Shown here in pieces: positions 10,661 through 21,073 of a stretch of DNA of 53,708 nt (its first letter is position 1; the number at the start of each line of letters is the position of its first letter). Below the pieces are notes generated by a model, which made no database searches, was not told the DNA's origin, and saw nothing but the letters and a program-made list of their open reading frames with translations. The translations under genes and the position numbers were made by a program. Source of the DNA: Candidatus Microgenomates bacterium (GTDB lineage: Bacteria; Patescibacteriota; Microgenomatia; UBA1400; UBA12108); assembly GCA_003576945.1 (NCBI GenBank), contig QEVC01000004.1:1-53708 (forward strand). Reading direction: 5' to 3'.

Positions 10661-11427
10661 AAAATCCCTTTGTTTTTTTGGAGTTCGTAGAGCTTGGCGT
10701 ACCTTAAATAGATCGCGTAGCTTTGATAGAGTGCCTGGATCATGCCTATACGACCATCCAAGAAACCTGCTTTGAGAAAGTAGCGACGGATGAATTCCAT
10801 CAGCGTTTTGCGGATAAGGGTTGTTGTAGTTACCGCCTCCACTTTGGCTTGGAAGAATTGCAGTGCTTCAACATCGGTATAGCGATTGGTCTTATCTACC
10901 ATTTGGGCGAGACTCGCGTCTTTGTGATGCTCCATCGGACTTGATGCATAACCAAATTCTCCGCGGATTTTGGGCATACCATGGATCTCTTTTGACCAAC
11001 TAACAAAATTTTGCTTATAAAATAAGCGCGGCACTTGGTCGTCACCAAAACCACCATGGCGAAGTGGATAGCCGAGAGAAAAGTTGCGCCGAGTTAGATA
11101 ATAGGCACCAAATTCAGTAACTACCTCACTAGATATAGATTTAATCTCGCTGGCTAAAGCGTCTGGAATTACCTCATCGTAATCCATAATGAGCACCCAT
11201 TTATATTTACTCTCGACAATCTGTTGACCACGGATATACTCAACCACTTTGGGAGTTTTAATATTTATTACACGAGCCTTACATTTTTTGAATAATTGAA
11301 GAACTTCTTTATCTTCACGTTCCATATTAAAGATGATAATTTCGTCAGCAAAAGAAACACTGTTTAACATTCTAGTGAATGTAGGGAGGTCATCCCCCAC
11401 GGCGATTTGGGTGCTAACGGTTAGCAT
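10657..11427 (-). CDS. GT2 glycosyltransferase (WaaE-like, divergent N-terminus)
   Basis: MDYDE, RLF, IHG and GFLDGRIG motifs. Start moved to ATG 11427. Confidence 0.8.
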   Translation of the reverse strand: MLTVSTQIAVGDDLPTFTRMLNSVSFADEIIIFNMEREDKEVLQLFKKCKARVINIKTPKVVEYIRGQQIVESKYKWVLIMDYDEVIPDALASEIKSISSEVVTEFGAYYLTRRNFSLGYPLRHGGFGDDQVPRLFYKQNFVSWSKEIHGMPKIRGEFGYASSPMEHHKDASLAQMVDKTNRYTDVEALQFFQAKVEAVTTTTLIRKTLMEFIRRYFLKAGFLDGRIGMIQALYQSYAIYLRYAKLYELQKNKGIL

Positions 11428-12838
11428 AGAGACTATCTTTCTGGTATGCGTAGTAACTACCAACCTTAGCGATTAATAAATAACCAGGAGGAACTTTGTC
11501 TATGTCACCCTCGGTGACAATCGCGAGAGGATGGATATTACTACTTAGATCTCTCGCAAATTCATTGTAGTTGTAGTAGAAAGCAACGTGTTTTTTGCTA
11601 TAAAAAACAACAGAGGGGGCTCCGCCATACCTAAAACTACTACTAAGGCGCTGATCCTGGGGCAAAATTGCTTCGGCGGTTCTTTCACTGGAACTTACTA
11701 AATAAGCAATGCTTGAATCCGGCAACTCTGAGAGTATTGAGGCGATCTTAATGTGATCGGGGTAGGTTGTGATGCTACGACTGAATTCGGTGGTACGACT
11801 TAAATGGAGGAGAGATTGAAGTGCTGCACCAATAACTAGCACAATAACAGCCAAAGAATATTTCTTATTGACTCTACTAGCTAGATATGAAAAGAGATAA
11901 CCAATTCCGAGGGCAATCGCGGGATAAACAGGGAGTATGTACCAAGACAACCTAGTTTTGGCGAGAGTAAAGAGTGCAAGCGGAAAAAGAACCCACCACA
12001 AAGGTAAGTATTTCTTTTGCATTAAGGCTAAGATTAGGCCGATGGACGCTGTCAACAATATACCAACTCCTAGATCACGATAGAGGTGCTCAAAATAAAA
12101 CCACCTTGATTCAAGGTGAAACTCAATTGGGACAGTCGCACGCCTAATAACTTGTTCAAGTAGATATGGAGTATAGAAGTCTGCTCCATTCTCGAAAAAT
12201 TGGTAAGCATGCCAAGGGATGGTAAATAGTAAAAAGTAAAAAATAGAAAGTAGAAAGTATTTTTTTGATTTATTAAGAAAGAGTGGAGCGGCAATAATCA
12301 GTGCTAGCAAGCCTGCTGGACCTTTGGCAAAGATAGCGAGCGCGAGCGCGAGCGCTACCAAATATGGTTTGGCATTGTTGAGGAGCAAGGCTACAGCTGA
12401 CGTGATCCCGGCGAGCAGGAGTATATCTGTATTCACACTCCGACTGCGACCAATAAAGAGATCGAAATAGATGAGTATGATCGTGGCAACTGAAGCGGCA
12501 ACTGTACCGCCATAATGACCACCAATTACATAAACAGAAACCAAAGTAATAATGGTAAAAACCGGGATAAACAACCTTGCCCCTAGTTCGGGATCACTAC
12601 TTATTGAGCTACCAAGGGATGTAATATGAGCGATCAGGGGCGGTTTTTCGAGCCATAGACCACCATTCCAGGTTGGAGTAATAAACGTGCTGATACTTTG
12701 CTCAACCCCAAGCTGTGCATAGATACTCTCATCCCAATCATAGAGGTAATCACGCCCTAAGTTATGATAAAGCAGGATGGATACGACGAAGAGAAATAAT
12801 CCTGTTATGGTCTTAAGTAGGTTTAGTTTGAGCGTCAT
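11414..12838 (-). CDS. ArnT-like GT-C glycosyltransferase (GT83-like)
   Basis: DWDESIY, EKPPL, AKGPAG and YILPVYPA motifs. Confidence 0.85.
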   Translation of the reverse strand: MTLKLNLLKTITGLFLFVVSILLYHNLGRDYLYDWDESIYAQLGVEQSISTFITPTWNGGLWLEKPPLIAHITSLGSSISSDPELGARLFIPVFTIITLVSVYVIGGHYGGTVAASVATIILIYFDLFIGRSRSVNTDILLLAGITSAVALLLNNAKPYLVALALALAIFAKGPAGLLALIIAAPLFLNKSKKYFLLSIFYFLLFTIPWHAYQFFENGADFYTPYLLEQVIRRATVPIEFHLESRWFYFEHLYRDLGVGILLTASIGLILALMQKKYLPLWWVLFPLALFTLAKTRLSWYILPVYPAIALGIGYLFSYLASRVNKKYSLAVIVLVIGAALQSLLHLSRTTEFSRSITTYPDHIKIASILSELPDSSIAYLVSSSERTAEAILPQDQRLSSSFRYGGAPSVVFYSKKHVAFYYNYNEFARDLSSNIHPLAIVTEGDIDKVPPGYLLIAKVGSYYAYQKDSLYANR

Positions 12839-12840
12839 GT

Positions 12841-13761
12841 TTAAAGCTTATTGTTGATAATTTTAATTGCGTCGTTACGATTACCCATCCGACCAAAGAG
12901 ATAATCTAAATAGGCGAGATGCCTCATGGGGTTTGGCAAGTTTCTGAGTATTGCTTCTCGGTGTAAGGCAAGCCTTAGCCGCCAGCTACCGTAGCGCCGG
13001 GCAATCATGAATCGATTACGGGTCATATAGTAATCAACGAGAGTGCTCCCGGCTAATGTACTACCACCATTTAGGTGATATAGCACGAGATTGGGGTTGT
13101 AAATTAACTCGATCCCGGCTTTTTCGGCGCGGAGACAAAAATCGGTGTCTTCTAAGTAAAGGAAAAATGACTCGTCAAACATACCAATTTTCTTAAAAAC
13201 TGTCCTCGGAACTGCCATAAAGCAACCAGTAATAAAATCTACATTTTTTATAGTGTCATGTTGGCCAAGGTCAACTTCGTCGATACCATAGTGACGCGAG
13301 ACTGCCATGCGATAGTCAAAATAGCCGCCTGCGTACCAGAGGATGTTGCCTTGCCCTCTTTGGCTTTCGTGATATTCGTAACCTTTGGCATAATATATTT
13401 TTGCGCCAGCAATACGATTCTTTTTGGCTACGTAGCGATAACTTCGGAAAAACAAGTTTTCGTCGACGAGAGTGTCATTGTTGATAATGTAGACTACTTC
13501 GGCACCCAGACGCAGTGCTTTTTTAATGCCCACGTTATTGCCAGCAGAGAAACCGATGTTGGCGCCTGTTTCGATTAGATCGAGACCGGGACATAGACCC
13601 TTTAACTCATTAAGGCACTCCTCACTACTTCCATTGTCCACCACTATAATATGTGGGGCATCCTTAGATTTTTGGATAGACTTAACACAGGTTGCCGTAG
13701 TCTTGGCATCTCTAAAGTTGATAAGGATGGCAGCGTGTTTGATTTTTTTGGTCTTTTTCAT
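12841..13761 (-). CDS. GT2 glycosyltransferase (WbbL-like)
   Basis: VDNGS, NIGFSAGNN, NNDT and YLEDTDFC motifs. Confidence 0.9.
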   Translation of the reverse strand: MKKTKKIKHAAILINFRDAKTTATCVKSIQKSKDAPHIIVVDNGSSEECLNELKGLCPGLDLIETGANIGFSAGNNVGIKKALRLGAEVVYIINNDTLVDENLFFRSYRYVAKKNRIAGAKIYYAKGYEYHESQRGQGNILWYAGGYFDYRMAVSRHYGIDEVDLGQHDTIKNVDFITGCFMAVPRTVFKKIGMFDESFFLYLEDTDFCLRAEKAGIELIYNPNLVLYHLNGGSTLAGSTLVDYYMTRNRFMIARRYGSWRLRLALHREAILRNLPNPMRHLAYLDYLFGRMGNRNDAIKIINNKL

Positions 13762-14660
13762 GCAATTAATTTTCTAGTAAACTTGCCCTTAATTTTTTTG
13801 ATTAAACTATCATCTTTACCATCCCAATAGAGAATCTCAGACAAACCATGGGTAAACCAAGATCTTGGGAATGATTTTAGTTCTGTAGCACTCAGTGAGT
13901 TCTCGTACTTTTTGCCTTCCCAATAGTAAGCGTACACAAAGAAGTAATAGAAAGATTGAAGAATTGATAACATGAATCCATGCATGCCATCAGTGTAGCC
14001 TCCTCCAGCAAAAAAGCGACTCACTAGCTCAGAAATAGAAAGTTTCATCGCATCTTGTAGAGTAAAGCTCTGATTTGAATTTAACCGATCTAATGCATCG
14101 ACTTTTGCATAACGACGATTTTTATCAAACCATTCGTCAAGATTTTGATAGTTTAGATGGGTTATAGCAAGCTTGGGATCGGGATCCAAGGTTACTCCAG
14201 TTCCACGTGTAAGCGCCTCGCTGTGAAGTGTGGTTGGAAATGTAACCATTCCACGCTTAAAGAATCTTACCTGGTAATCTGGCCACCAACGACTAGCTTT
14301 AACCCAGGAATTAAAAATATAGTTAGCCCTCGGGATTTTGACAAAATCAACCCCTTCTTCTGCCAGACTTTTCAGCTTTGTGATTAGATCATCCCCTACT
14401 GATTCGTCTGCATCAAGGTAAAGTAGATAGTCCTCCTTACGACTGTTAAAGACTTGAGACCTAACGGGTTCGACAATACTAGCGTAGGGCAGCTTAGTGT
14501 ACGTTGCTCCCCATTTTTTGCAGACCGCAGCGATATCTTCGGTACTACTCAGATCAGCAACGTGTAGGTTAAAGCCAGATTTTGAGAGCTTCTCTAAGGA
14601 TTCGCTTAAAAGATTGGCTTGGTTGTAAACAATAAAAACAGCGCCAATATTACTGGTCAT
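13758..14660 (-). CDS. GT2 glycosyltransferase (WaaE-like)
   Basis: LDADE, WWPDYQVRFF and GYTDGMHG motifs. Confidence 0.85.
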   Translation of the reverse strand: MTSNIGAVFIVYNQANLLSESLEKLSKSGFNLHVADLSSTEDIAAVCKKWGATYTKLPYASIVEPVRSQVFNSRKEDYLLYLDADESVGDDLITKLKSLAEEGVDFVKIPRANYIFNSWVKASRWWPDYQVRFFKRGMVTFPTTLHSEALTRGTGVTLDPDPKLAITHLNYQNLDEWFDKNRRYAKVDALDRLNSNQSFTLQDAMKLSISELVSRFFAGGGYTDGMHGFMLSILQSFYYFFVYAYYWEGKKYENSLSATELKSFPRSWFTHGLSEILYWDGKDDSLIKKIKGKFTRKLIA

Positions 14661-16134
14661 ATGACCTAATTGTAGCTGAGTCCTTTAGAGTATGCCAGAC
14701 TTTGCCAAGTTCGGCCTTTAGCATCTTTTGATCAAAGAAGTAGATCAAAACACAGTAGAGAACGATCGCAAGAAGAATCGCTAAGACGAGCGACAGTAGC
14801 CCAGTAACATAAGTGGTCACGCCGAGATAGGTAACTACACCCATAATCAAACTGGCGATGAGCGGACGCTTAATCATTTCCCAGGTTTCCAATTTGACGA
14901 TTTTGTTGATTTCGTGGACTACCAAAGGAATTGTGATATAGGTGATGGCCGCGACCGTGATGGCGATACCGCTATAGCCAACCCACCTAATTAGGGGCAG
15001 GCCGATCGCCCAAGTCAGTGCTGTATAGAGCACCATTAGTCTCAAGACTACTTTAGGCCTACCGAGGGCGTAGAGCGCGTTCGTGTAGGTGGTGGTAATA
15101 AAGACTGGGACGGCGGAGAGTAAGAAGAAGATAAGGGTCGTAAGCGCGGGCAACCATTTATCGCTTTTATCGGCGTAGAGATACATAAGCAGTGGCTGGG
15201 CGGTTACGAGTAAACCGATGATGGCGGGGAAATATAGTACTGCCATTAAGTGAATTGATTTCTCGATCCAACTCTTAAGCCGTGCTGTATCACCCTGTAT
15301 ACGCGAGTACGTGGGAAAAGTAATGCGCGAGATGATGGTTGAGAGCTCTAAAGGACGACTACTAATATTCTGAGCGAGGTTGACGTAGGCGACAGCGGCT
15401 GGGCCATACCAAAGCGCGATCACGGTGGGAGCGAGATTATCTTTGAGGAGGGCCAGCACGGAGTTTAGCTGATAGGGAATGCCAAAGTGGAGGAGATCGT
15501 GGACACTCTTTTTGGCAAGTTTATAACCGATGGGCCAAGGCTTAATAAATGAGAGGGCGATGGCGCCTAGAGTAGTTCTAGCAACTACCGCCACGACCAA
15601 ACTCCAAACACCATAGCCATGTGTTGCCATAATAACAGCGACTGCATTGTAGGTAATAGTTTCGATAACTTCAGGAATGACGAGGAGTTCGAACCTTAGG
15701 TCCCGCTCGAGGAGGATGGAGGGGATGGTTTTGAAGGAAGTAATAAATAGTGAAAGACTGAGCATTCTGATCAACCATACTCCCTCAGTTCCAAGATTAT
15801 AGAAACTGGATAGTGGTCCGGCGGCCAAGAAGGCGAGAACAAGTAGGACAGTAACTAAAATTTGTTGGACGGTGAAGGTAGTTTTTAGATCATCTTCTTC
15901 GATTTTTTCCTTTTGAATTAAGGCTGCGCCGAGACCAACATCTGAAAAGAACGAGAGAAAGGTAAAAACAACAAAACTAATAATTGCAAAAACACCGAAA
16001 GACTCTTGTGGAAGTAGTCTAGCTAAATAAATAATACCGACTGTGTCGATGACCTTAAGGAGAAGTCGGCGAAAAGTAAGGGTAAAGACTCCACGCAGGG
16101 CTTTTTGTTTGATCACGGAGAATGCATCACTCAT
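14650..16134 (-). CDS. wzx: Wzx-type oligosaccharide flippase
   Basis: ARLLPQESFG, SDVGLGAALIQ and GYGVWSLV motifs; about 12-14 TM. Confidence 0.85.
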   Translation of the reverse strand: MSDAFSVIKQKALRGVFTLTFRRLLLKVIDTVGIIYLARLLPQESFGVFAIISFVVFTFLSFFSDVGLGAALIQKEKIEEDDLKTTFTVQQILVTVLLVLAFLAAGPLSSFYNLGTEGVWLIRMLSLSLFITSFKTIPSILLERDLRFELLVIPEVIETITYNAVAVIMATHGYGVWSLVVAVVARTTLGAIALSFIKPWPIGYKLAKKSVHDLLHFGIPYQLNSVLALLKDNLAPTVIALWYGPAAVAYVNLAQNISSRPLELSTIISRITFPTYSRIQGDTARLKSWIEKSIHLMAVLYFPAIIGLLVTAQPLLMYLYADKSDKWLPALTTLIFFLLSAVPVFITTTYTNALYALGRPKVVLRLMVLYTALTWAIGLPLIRWVGYSGIAITVAAITYITIPLVVHEINKIVKLETWEMIKRPLIASLIMGVVTYLGVTTYVTGLLSLVLAILLAIVLYCVLIYFFDQKMLKAELGKVWHTLKDSATIRSYDQ

Positions 16135-17708
16135 AGCGCTAATCCTAACACAACAATCAGGGTAACTAGACTTAAGACAACTCCCAACTTCTCAACTGGA
16201 GTCTGCTGCCAGGTTAAGTCGACGGCGTAGGTGCCTGGAGGAACTGGGGCATGAGTACGAATAGTGCCATCAGGATTTGGTACGATATCAGTTGGATAAC
16301 CATTTAAGTTTAGTTTCCAGTGTGGCATATACGCGGTTTGAATGGTGAGTGTTTGCACGAGCTTATTTTCGATTTGGCCCGTGACACGGGTACTGCTTCG
16401 AGTTAGACCATCACTAGACTCACTTTCGGGGAATTGAGGCATCCAAGTTGGCAAGTATTCTGGGATCTTATCTTTGGCGACAGTTGCAAGGGTAGGTTTA
16501 GAAAGGAAGGTTCTATCATCATAATTTCTAATTTCCTGTGGCTGAAAGAATGGAGAACTAAAGTAGATTAGCAAGATAGAAAGAATGACGGTTATTGTGC
16601 TACCTTTTAAATCTTCAATTTCTGATGGAAGTAACCATGCGACCATATAGGCAATCCCAAAAGTTGCGTAGAGAAGCAATCTCCAGGGGAATTGAATGAA
16701 CTCGGCGAGAGGGAAAATATTCCAGAGCCACTGACTATTGATGGTGGTTGCATAGGCAAAGCCAAAAGTTATTAAGAAAACTATAAATTTGTAGCGAGAG
16801 AGAGACCTGGTGGCGATAGTTCTGAAAAGTGAGAGTGCCAACAAGACAAGTGGAAACTTGCCAAGCATGAAGGACATTCCATCACTCTCGCCCATCGGGG
16901 CTGAACCACCATAGCCCCAGGCCGAATGCCAGAGCTGAGTAAAGTTTAAGAAGTGGTCGCTGAGTTTAGTCTGGGTTGCAACCCGCGCTACCTGGACGAA
17001 AGATTGTTCAAAGATGATTGGTAATGTAGCAAATGAGGTGAGAAGGAATGAAAGAGCGAGAGCTAGAACAGATCTTGGACGATCGACGCGCTTTTGCAAA
17101 AAGATGATAATCAAAATGAGAATGGGAAGAATAAACCAGACGACAGTATTATGAGAGAGTAAAAAAGCAGCAGTGATTAGTGAGGGAGCAAGAATTTGTT
17201 TGCGAGTGGAAATGGGATTAGTCCAGTAATAGATCACCCAGGGAAGGAGGGTCCAGACCATGACCTCAGCAAAGGCGCCACGAACGTAGATGGTTAGGGC
17301 GTGATATGGCAAAACTGCATAACAAACGGTTGCAAGTAGTGCGTTGTAACGGCCGTACTTTTTCGTCAAGGTGTACATACCCAGCAGTGAAAGGACTACG
17401 CAAGACAATAAAGTTAGTTTAATAGCTAAAATCAGAGTCGGAGTGGCGAGTGAAATGAGTGCAGAAAAATAGGTAAAGAGTGGAGCATAGTAGAGGAATA
17501 AGGGATAGCCAAAACCGTTGTTGAGCATGTTGTTCCAAGCGGCAGGAATTTGCCCCTCCCCTAGTGTACTTTTAAGCATCGAAAGTCTCGCGACAGCCGT
17601 AGGATCATGAACGTCAAACCATCCCTGTTGAGACAGTGGCAAGGTGACGAAGATGGTCGCAACAATTAGCGTTATTATGGGAATAAAACGAGAAAGATAC
17701 TTAATCAT
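16131..17708 (-). CDS. PTPS-related/YfhO-like GT-C membrane protein
   Basis: GFGYPLFLYYAPL, VRGAFAE and QFPWR motifs; paralog of 3278..4927. Confidence 0.75.
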   Translation of the reverse strand: MIKYLSRFIPIITLIVATIFVTLPLSQQGWFDVHDPTAVARLSMLKSTLGEGQIPAAWNNMLNNGFGYPLFLYYAPLFTYFSALISLATPTLILAIKLTLLSCVVLSLLGMYTLTKKYGRYNALLATVCYAVLPYHALTIYVRGAFAEVMVWTLLPWVIYYWTNPISTRKQILAPSLITAAFLLSHNTVVWFILPILILIIIFLQKRVDRPRSVLALALSFLLTSFATLPIIFEQSFVQVARVATQTKLSDHFLNFTQLWHSAWGYGGSAPMGESDGMSFMLGKFPLVLLALSLFRTIATRSLSRYKFIVFLITFGFAYATTINSQWLWNIFPLAEFIQFPWRLLLYATFGIAYMVAWLLPSEIEDLKGSTITVILSILLIYFSSPFFQPQEIRNYDDRTFLSKPTLATVAKDKIPEYLPTWMPQFPESESSDGLTRSSTRVTGQIENKLVQTLTIQTAYMPHWKLNLNGYPTDIVPNPDGTIRTHAPVPPGTYAVDLTWQQTPVEKLGVVLSLVTLIVVLGLAL

Positions 17709-19189
17709 GGACTAATCTGGTAGAGTCTAATATAACTCTCGTCGGCTTTTTTAAAAGACATAACCTCGGTGGAGTTTGGGGGGAGGGACGTTACTTGAGT
17801 ATTATTTAAGATGAAGTAGATTTCTTTGTTTTTTTCGGCATTTTGTCGAACAGCAAGTGGCAAGATGTCGCTAATTGGATAGAGACCAGTGATCTTGAGT
17901 TTTTTGGTAAGTCCATCACTATATAGCTCCAACCCATGTGGTAGCAGGCCAAATGTACCTTCGGTATATACTTCGACGTCACTTTTACTACTTCTAGCCC
18001 TAGTTACTAAGTACTCTGAGATCTCTTTAACTCCCCTACCCGCAGCCCAACCTGAGACGTAGTCGGAGTCTGCACGAACGAGTGGCATGTTGTCTGGATT
18101 AGTATAAGCAAGGTAATAAAATCTGATTGACATAATTGAGAGTATTGCGAGTGCAAGTAGCAGGCGACTAAACCTAAGTTTAGAGAGGGCAAAAGCAGCG
18201 TAAAGGAGGGCAAAGGGCGCAGAGAAGACGATGTAGCGTGGGCGGAATAACATGGCGGTAGTGACCGTGGCCATGAGTGGGCCCCAGAACCAAGCAGAGT
18301 AGATGAAAAAGTTCATAAGCTCAGCTTTTAGAAGAAGGTAAAGACCGGCTACCGCAAGGAGATAAATGGGTGGAGTGAGATATGCCCAAAGCCAGGACTG
18401 GGCATCGGTGAAATTTTGAACGATTCGATAAGGATTATCCTTAAGCATTGAAAATGGTGAAACCACGAAGTCATTATTTTTATCAGCAATCATGTGCATC
18501 CATGGAGAGAGGCGCTGAATGTTGTAGATGGCTGCCGTTAGTACAAATGCGATGCCAAGTAGAACTAGAAAGCGTGTGATTTTTTTAGCTTTAAATGGAT
18601 TGCTCGCAAGAAATGGATAGGTTAGAGGGATGAGGAGGAGGTAGACTAGTGCGGGTGATTTGGTGAGCATAGACAGACCACCAGCTAGTCCTAGAATAAG
18701 CGCGACATCGAGCCTTAGGGTTGTGATTAAGAGGATCCCCAAATTTAGTAACCAGATACCACTAGCGGTGAGCATGGATTCCATGGTGGCAAAACGGTCG
18801 TAGAAAAAGAGAAAGGGGGTAAGAAGATAGAGAGCCGATGCGATAAAGCCCAGGCGAATATTCTTTAATAGAAAGCCAGTATAAACTAAGCCGAGCATCC
18901 CGATTAGACCAGAAAGTACCGAGGTTAAGCGCGTGGCAAAAAGTGGGTCAGCGAGTAGTTTTAGAGGTACCATGCTGATCCAGACCCAGAGCGGCTGCTT
19001 GCCGTCGGTAAGGCTGATAAACCGCCAAGAAGCATCGTGGAGGGCAATCTGGCTCCAGCGCGAATAGATGGCTTCATCAACAAAAATGGGGAGACTTGTT
19101 AGGTTGTAGAGGCGAGTGGCAAGGTAGAGGATCACCAGTGCAACTAGATAGAGCTTCTGCCGGAGGGTAAAGGTTGGGAAAAATTGCAT
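17705..19189 (-). CDS. ArnT/PMT-like GT-C glycosyltransferase
   Basis: RLYNL...FVDEAIY, DGKQPL, LTKS and PRY motifs. Confidence 0.8.
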   Translation of the reverse strand: MQFFPTFTLRQKLYLVALVILYLATRLYNLTSLPIFVDEAIYSRWSQIALHDASWRFISLTDGKQPLWVWISMVPLKLLADPLFATRLTSVLSGLIGMLGLVYTGFLLKNIRLGFIASALYLLTPFLFFYDRFATMESMLTASGIWLLNLGILLITTLRLDVALILGLAGGLSMLTKSPALVYLLLIPLTYPFLASNPFKAKKITRFLVLLGIAFVLTAAIYNIQRLSPWMHMIADKNNDFVVSPFSMLKDNPYRIVQNFTDAQSWLWAYLTPPIYLLAVAGLYLLLKAELMNFFIYSAWFWGPLMATVTTAMLFRPRYIVFSAPFALLYAAFALSKLRFSRLLLALAILSIMSIRFYYLAYTNPDNMPLVRADSDYVSGWAAGRGVKEISEYLVTRARSSKSDVEVYTEGTFGLLPHGLELYSDGLTKKLKITGLYPISDILPLAVRQNAEKNKEIYFILNNTQVTSLPPNSTEVMSFKKADESYIRLYQISP

Positions 19190-19203
19190 AAAACCATTAT
19201 AGA

Positions 19204-20316
19204 CTAGATGCGCTTTTTGAGGTAAACAAAATATATGGCTGTGAGGGTAGTTGGCCCGTAAATTATTGACAGTCTATAAATGTCACTGAGATTCCAAAAA
19301 CCTGTAGCGATATACGGATTATAGTAAGCGATACCCACCATGCTTGTTAGGATAATCCATACTCTAGCCCAACCCGCGTTAACCAAAGCAGCGGGGATCA
19401 AGGGCCAGACTAGATACCAGGGTTGAAAACGACCAGGCGAAAATAGAATTGGGGCGAGGAGCGCGAGTGTCATGAGAGTAATTTTGAGATGGTTATTCTT
19501 GAGCAAAAAGAATGGGGTTGTAACTGCGGTTACATACTTTACGCCAATAGAGGAGGTAAGACTTAGAAAACTCAGAATTTTCTTGTTGCCCATTGATGTT
19601 TTTAGTGCGTAGAGTAGAAAAGCGATCATGACCGCATCATTATGAGCATTAACCACAAGTTCTAACCATAAAAATGGATTGAATGCCAATAACAACTGTG
19701 AGAATATCCTTACATTTTTACCTACTTTTAGCTGAGCGCCAATTTGGTCTACTAAGGATACACACCAAATATAAAAAAGAATCATAGTCGCTTTCATTAA
19801 ATATAGAACTGGAACAAATTTACCGAGACCTAGGAGGTAAGCAGGTGACTCGACAATGGTAAAAATTGGACCATAAGCCGAAGGAGTATGTACCCAGCGC
19901 ATAAAACGAAGCCAGAGGTCTCCCTCGAAAACTAGAGGAGCTAGCGTGTGTGGATTGGCCCCATATAACCACAATATTTTGCCGTGGAACATATAGTTAA
20001 AAACGTCATAACTGAGCATGGGGTATGCGAGCCAGAGGATAAACATAATTAAGAGGTAGATTTTCCAGGGGAAATGGGTAGGTCTATATTTTGGCAAAAT
20101 AATCAAGAGAGAGAGTGCAAAGAGAGATAAGAAGATAAACGCGTAAAACTGTACTGAGAGTGGACGATTAAAGTACACAAGGTGCTGAAGGGGAGCGACA
20201 AGTTTAAGAAACAAGGGGTGACTACTAAGGGTTAGGTTAAAGTCGAGATAACCATACGAATAAATGGTGAGTAAAATGGAGAAGATAAAAAATAGTGGAA
20301 AGAGTAGTTTAGACAT
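19204..20316 (-). CDS. MptA/MptB-like polyprenol-P-mannose-dependent mannosyltransferase (GT-C)
   Basis: SYDVFNY, SAYGP, AHNDAVM and QPWY motifs. Start moved to ATG 20316. Confidence 0.7.
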   Translation of the reverse strand: MSKLLFPLFFIFSILLTIYSYGYLDFNLTLSSHPLFLKLVAPLQHLVYFNRPLSVQFYAFIFLSLFALSLLIILPKYRPTHFPWKIYLLIMFILWLAYPMLSYDVFNYMFHGKILWLYGANPHTLAPLVFEGDLWLRFMRWVHTPSAYGPIFTIVESPAYLLGLGKFVPVLYLMKATMILFYIWCVSLVDQIGAQLKVGKNVRIFSQLLLAFNPFLWLELVVNAHNDAVMIAFLLYALKTSMGNKKILSFLSLTSSIGVKYVTAVTTPFFLLKNNHLKITLMTLALLAPILFSPGRFQPWYLVWPLIPAALVNAGWARVWIILTSMVGIAYYNPYIATGFWNLSDIYRLSIIYGPTTLTAIYFVYLKKRI

Positions 20317-21064
20317 TGTATTTGCCAAGCATGTCATTCACACGAACGCGAAGAATTTCGAAAAGCATCTCCAGACTCTCTTTAACAAAGTTGCGCGATT
20401 TACCGCTACTGGTATCTTCGTTTTTCCAGACGACACGAACTTCTTTAATCTGTGCGCCCATAATTTTGCCTAAATGCAGCATTTCGACGTCGTAGGCGGT
20501 AACTTTCCAACCTACCGCATTATTGGCTCTGCCAAAAATACGCATACGAGAAAATATTTTCTTGGCGAGATCTGTCTTTACCAACTTAAAACCGCATTGG
20601 GTGTCTTTTATTTCGGGTAAAAGGATGAAGCGCCTGACCATTAGAAAGATAATAGAGGCAAGTTGTCTGATAACCGTTGAGTCAGCTCGCCTTGCCCCGC
20701 GACTACCGATGACAATCTGGTATTTGGGGGTATGTGCGATTAGCTTAAGGAGTTCTTGGATCGGCGTACTTTGATCCATGTCGGTGAGTAGTAAGTACTT
20801 TCCCCGTGCGGCGTTAACGGCACTACGGAGGGCATAGGGCTTGCCAGCATGTGCGTTTATTAACAAGCGAACTCGCTCGTCTTTTTTTGTATAGCTTGCG
20901 ATAAGAGAAAGGCTATTATCGGTACTGCCATCATCACTAATTAAGACTTCCCAGGTAAACTTTTGCTTTTTGAGAAAGGATATGACTTCGGTTAAGACGC
21001 CACGAGAGATGTTCTCGTATTCGTTGTAGTTGGGGATGATGATAGAAATGTCTACTTTTTGCAT
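20309..21064 (-). CDS. Polyprenol-phosphate glycosyltransferase (DPG/DPM synthase-like GT2)
   Basis: DDGSTD, TDMDQS, GSR, DTQCGFK and DVE motifs. Confidence 0.85.
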   Translation of the reverse strand: MQKVDISIIIPNYNEYENISRGVLTEVISFLKKQKFTWEVLISDDGSTDNSLSLIASYTKKDERVRLLINAHAGKPYALRSAVNAARGKYLLLTDMDQSTPIQELLKLIAHTPKYQIVIGSRGARRADSTVIRQLASIIFLMVRRFILLPEIKDTQCGFKLVKTDLAKKIFSRMRIFGRANNAVGWKVTAYDVEMLHLGKIMGAQIKEVRVVWKNEDTSSGKSRNFVKESLEMLFEILRVRVNDMLGKYNV

Positions 21065-21073
21065 AAAGGTTGA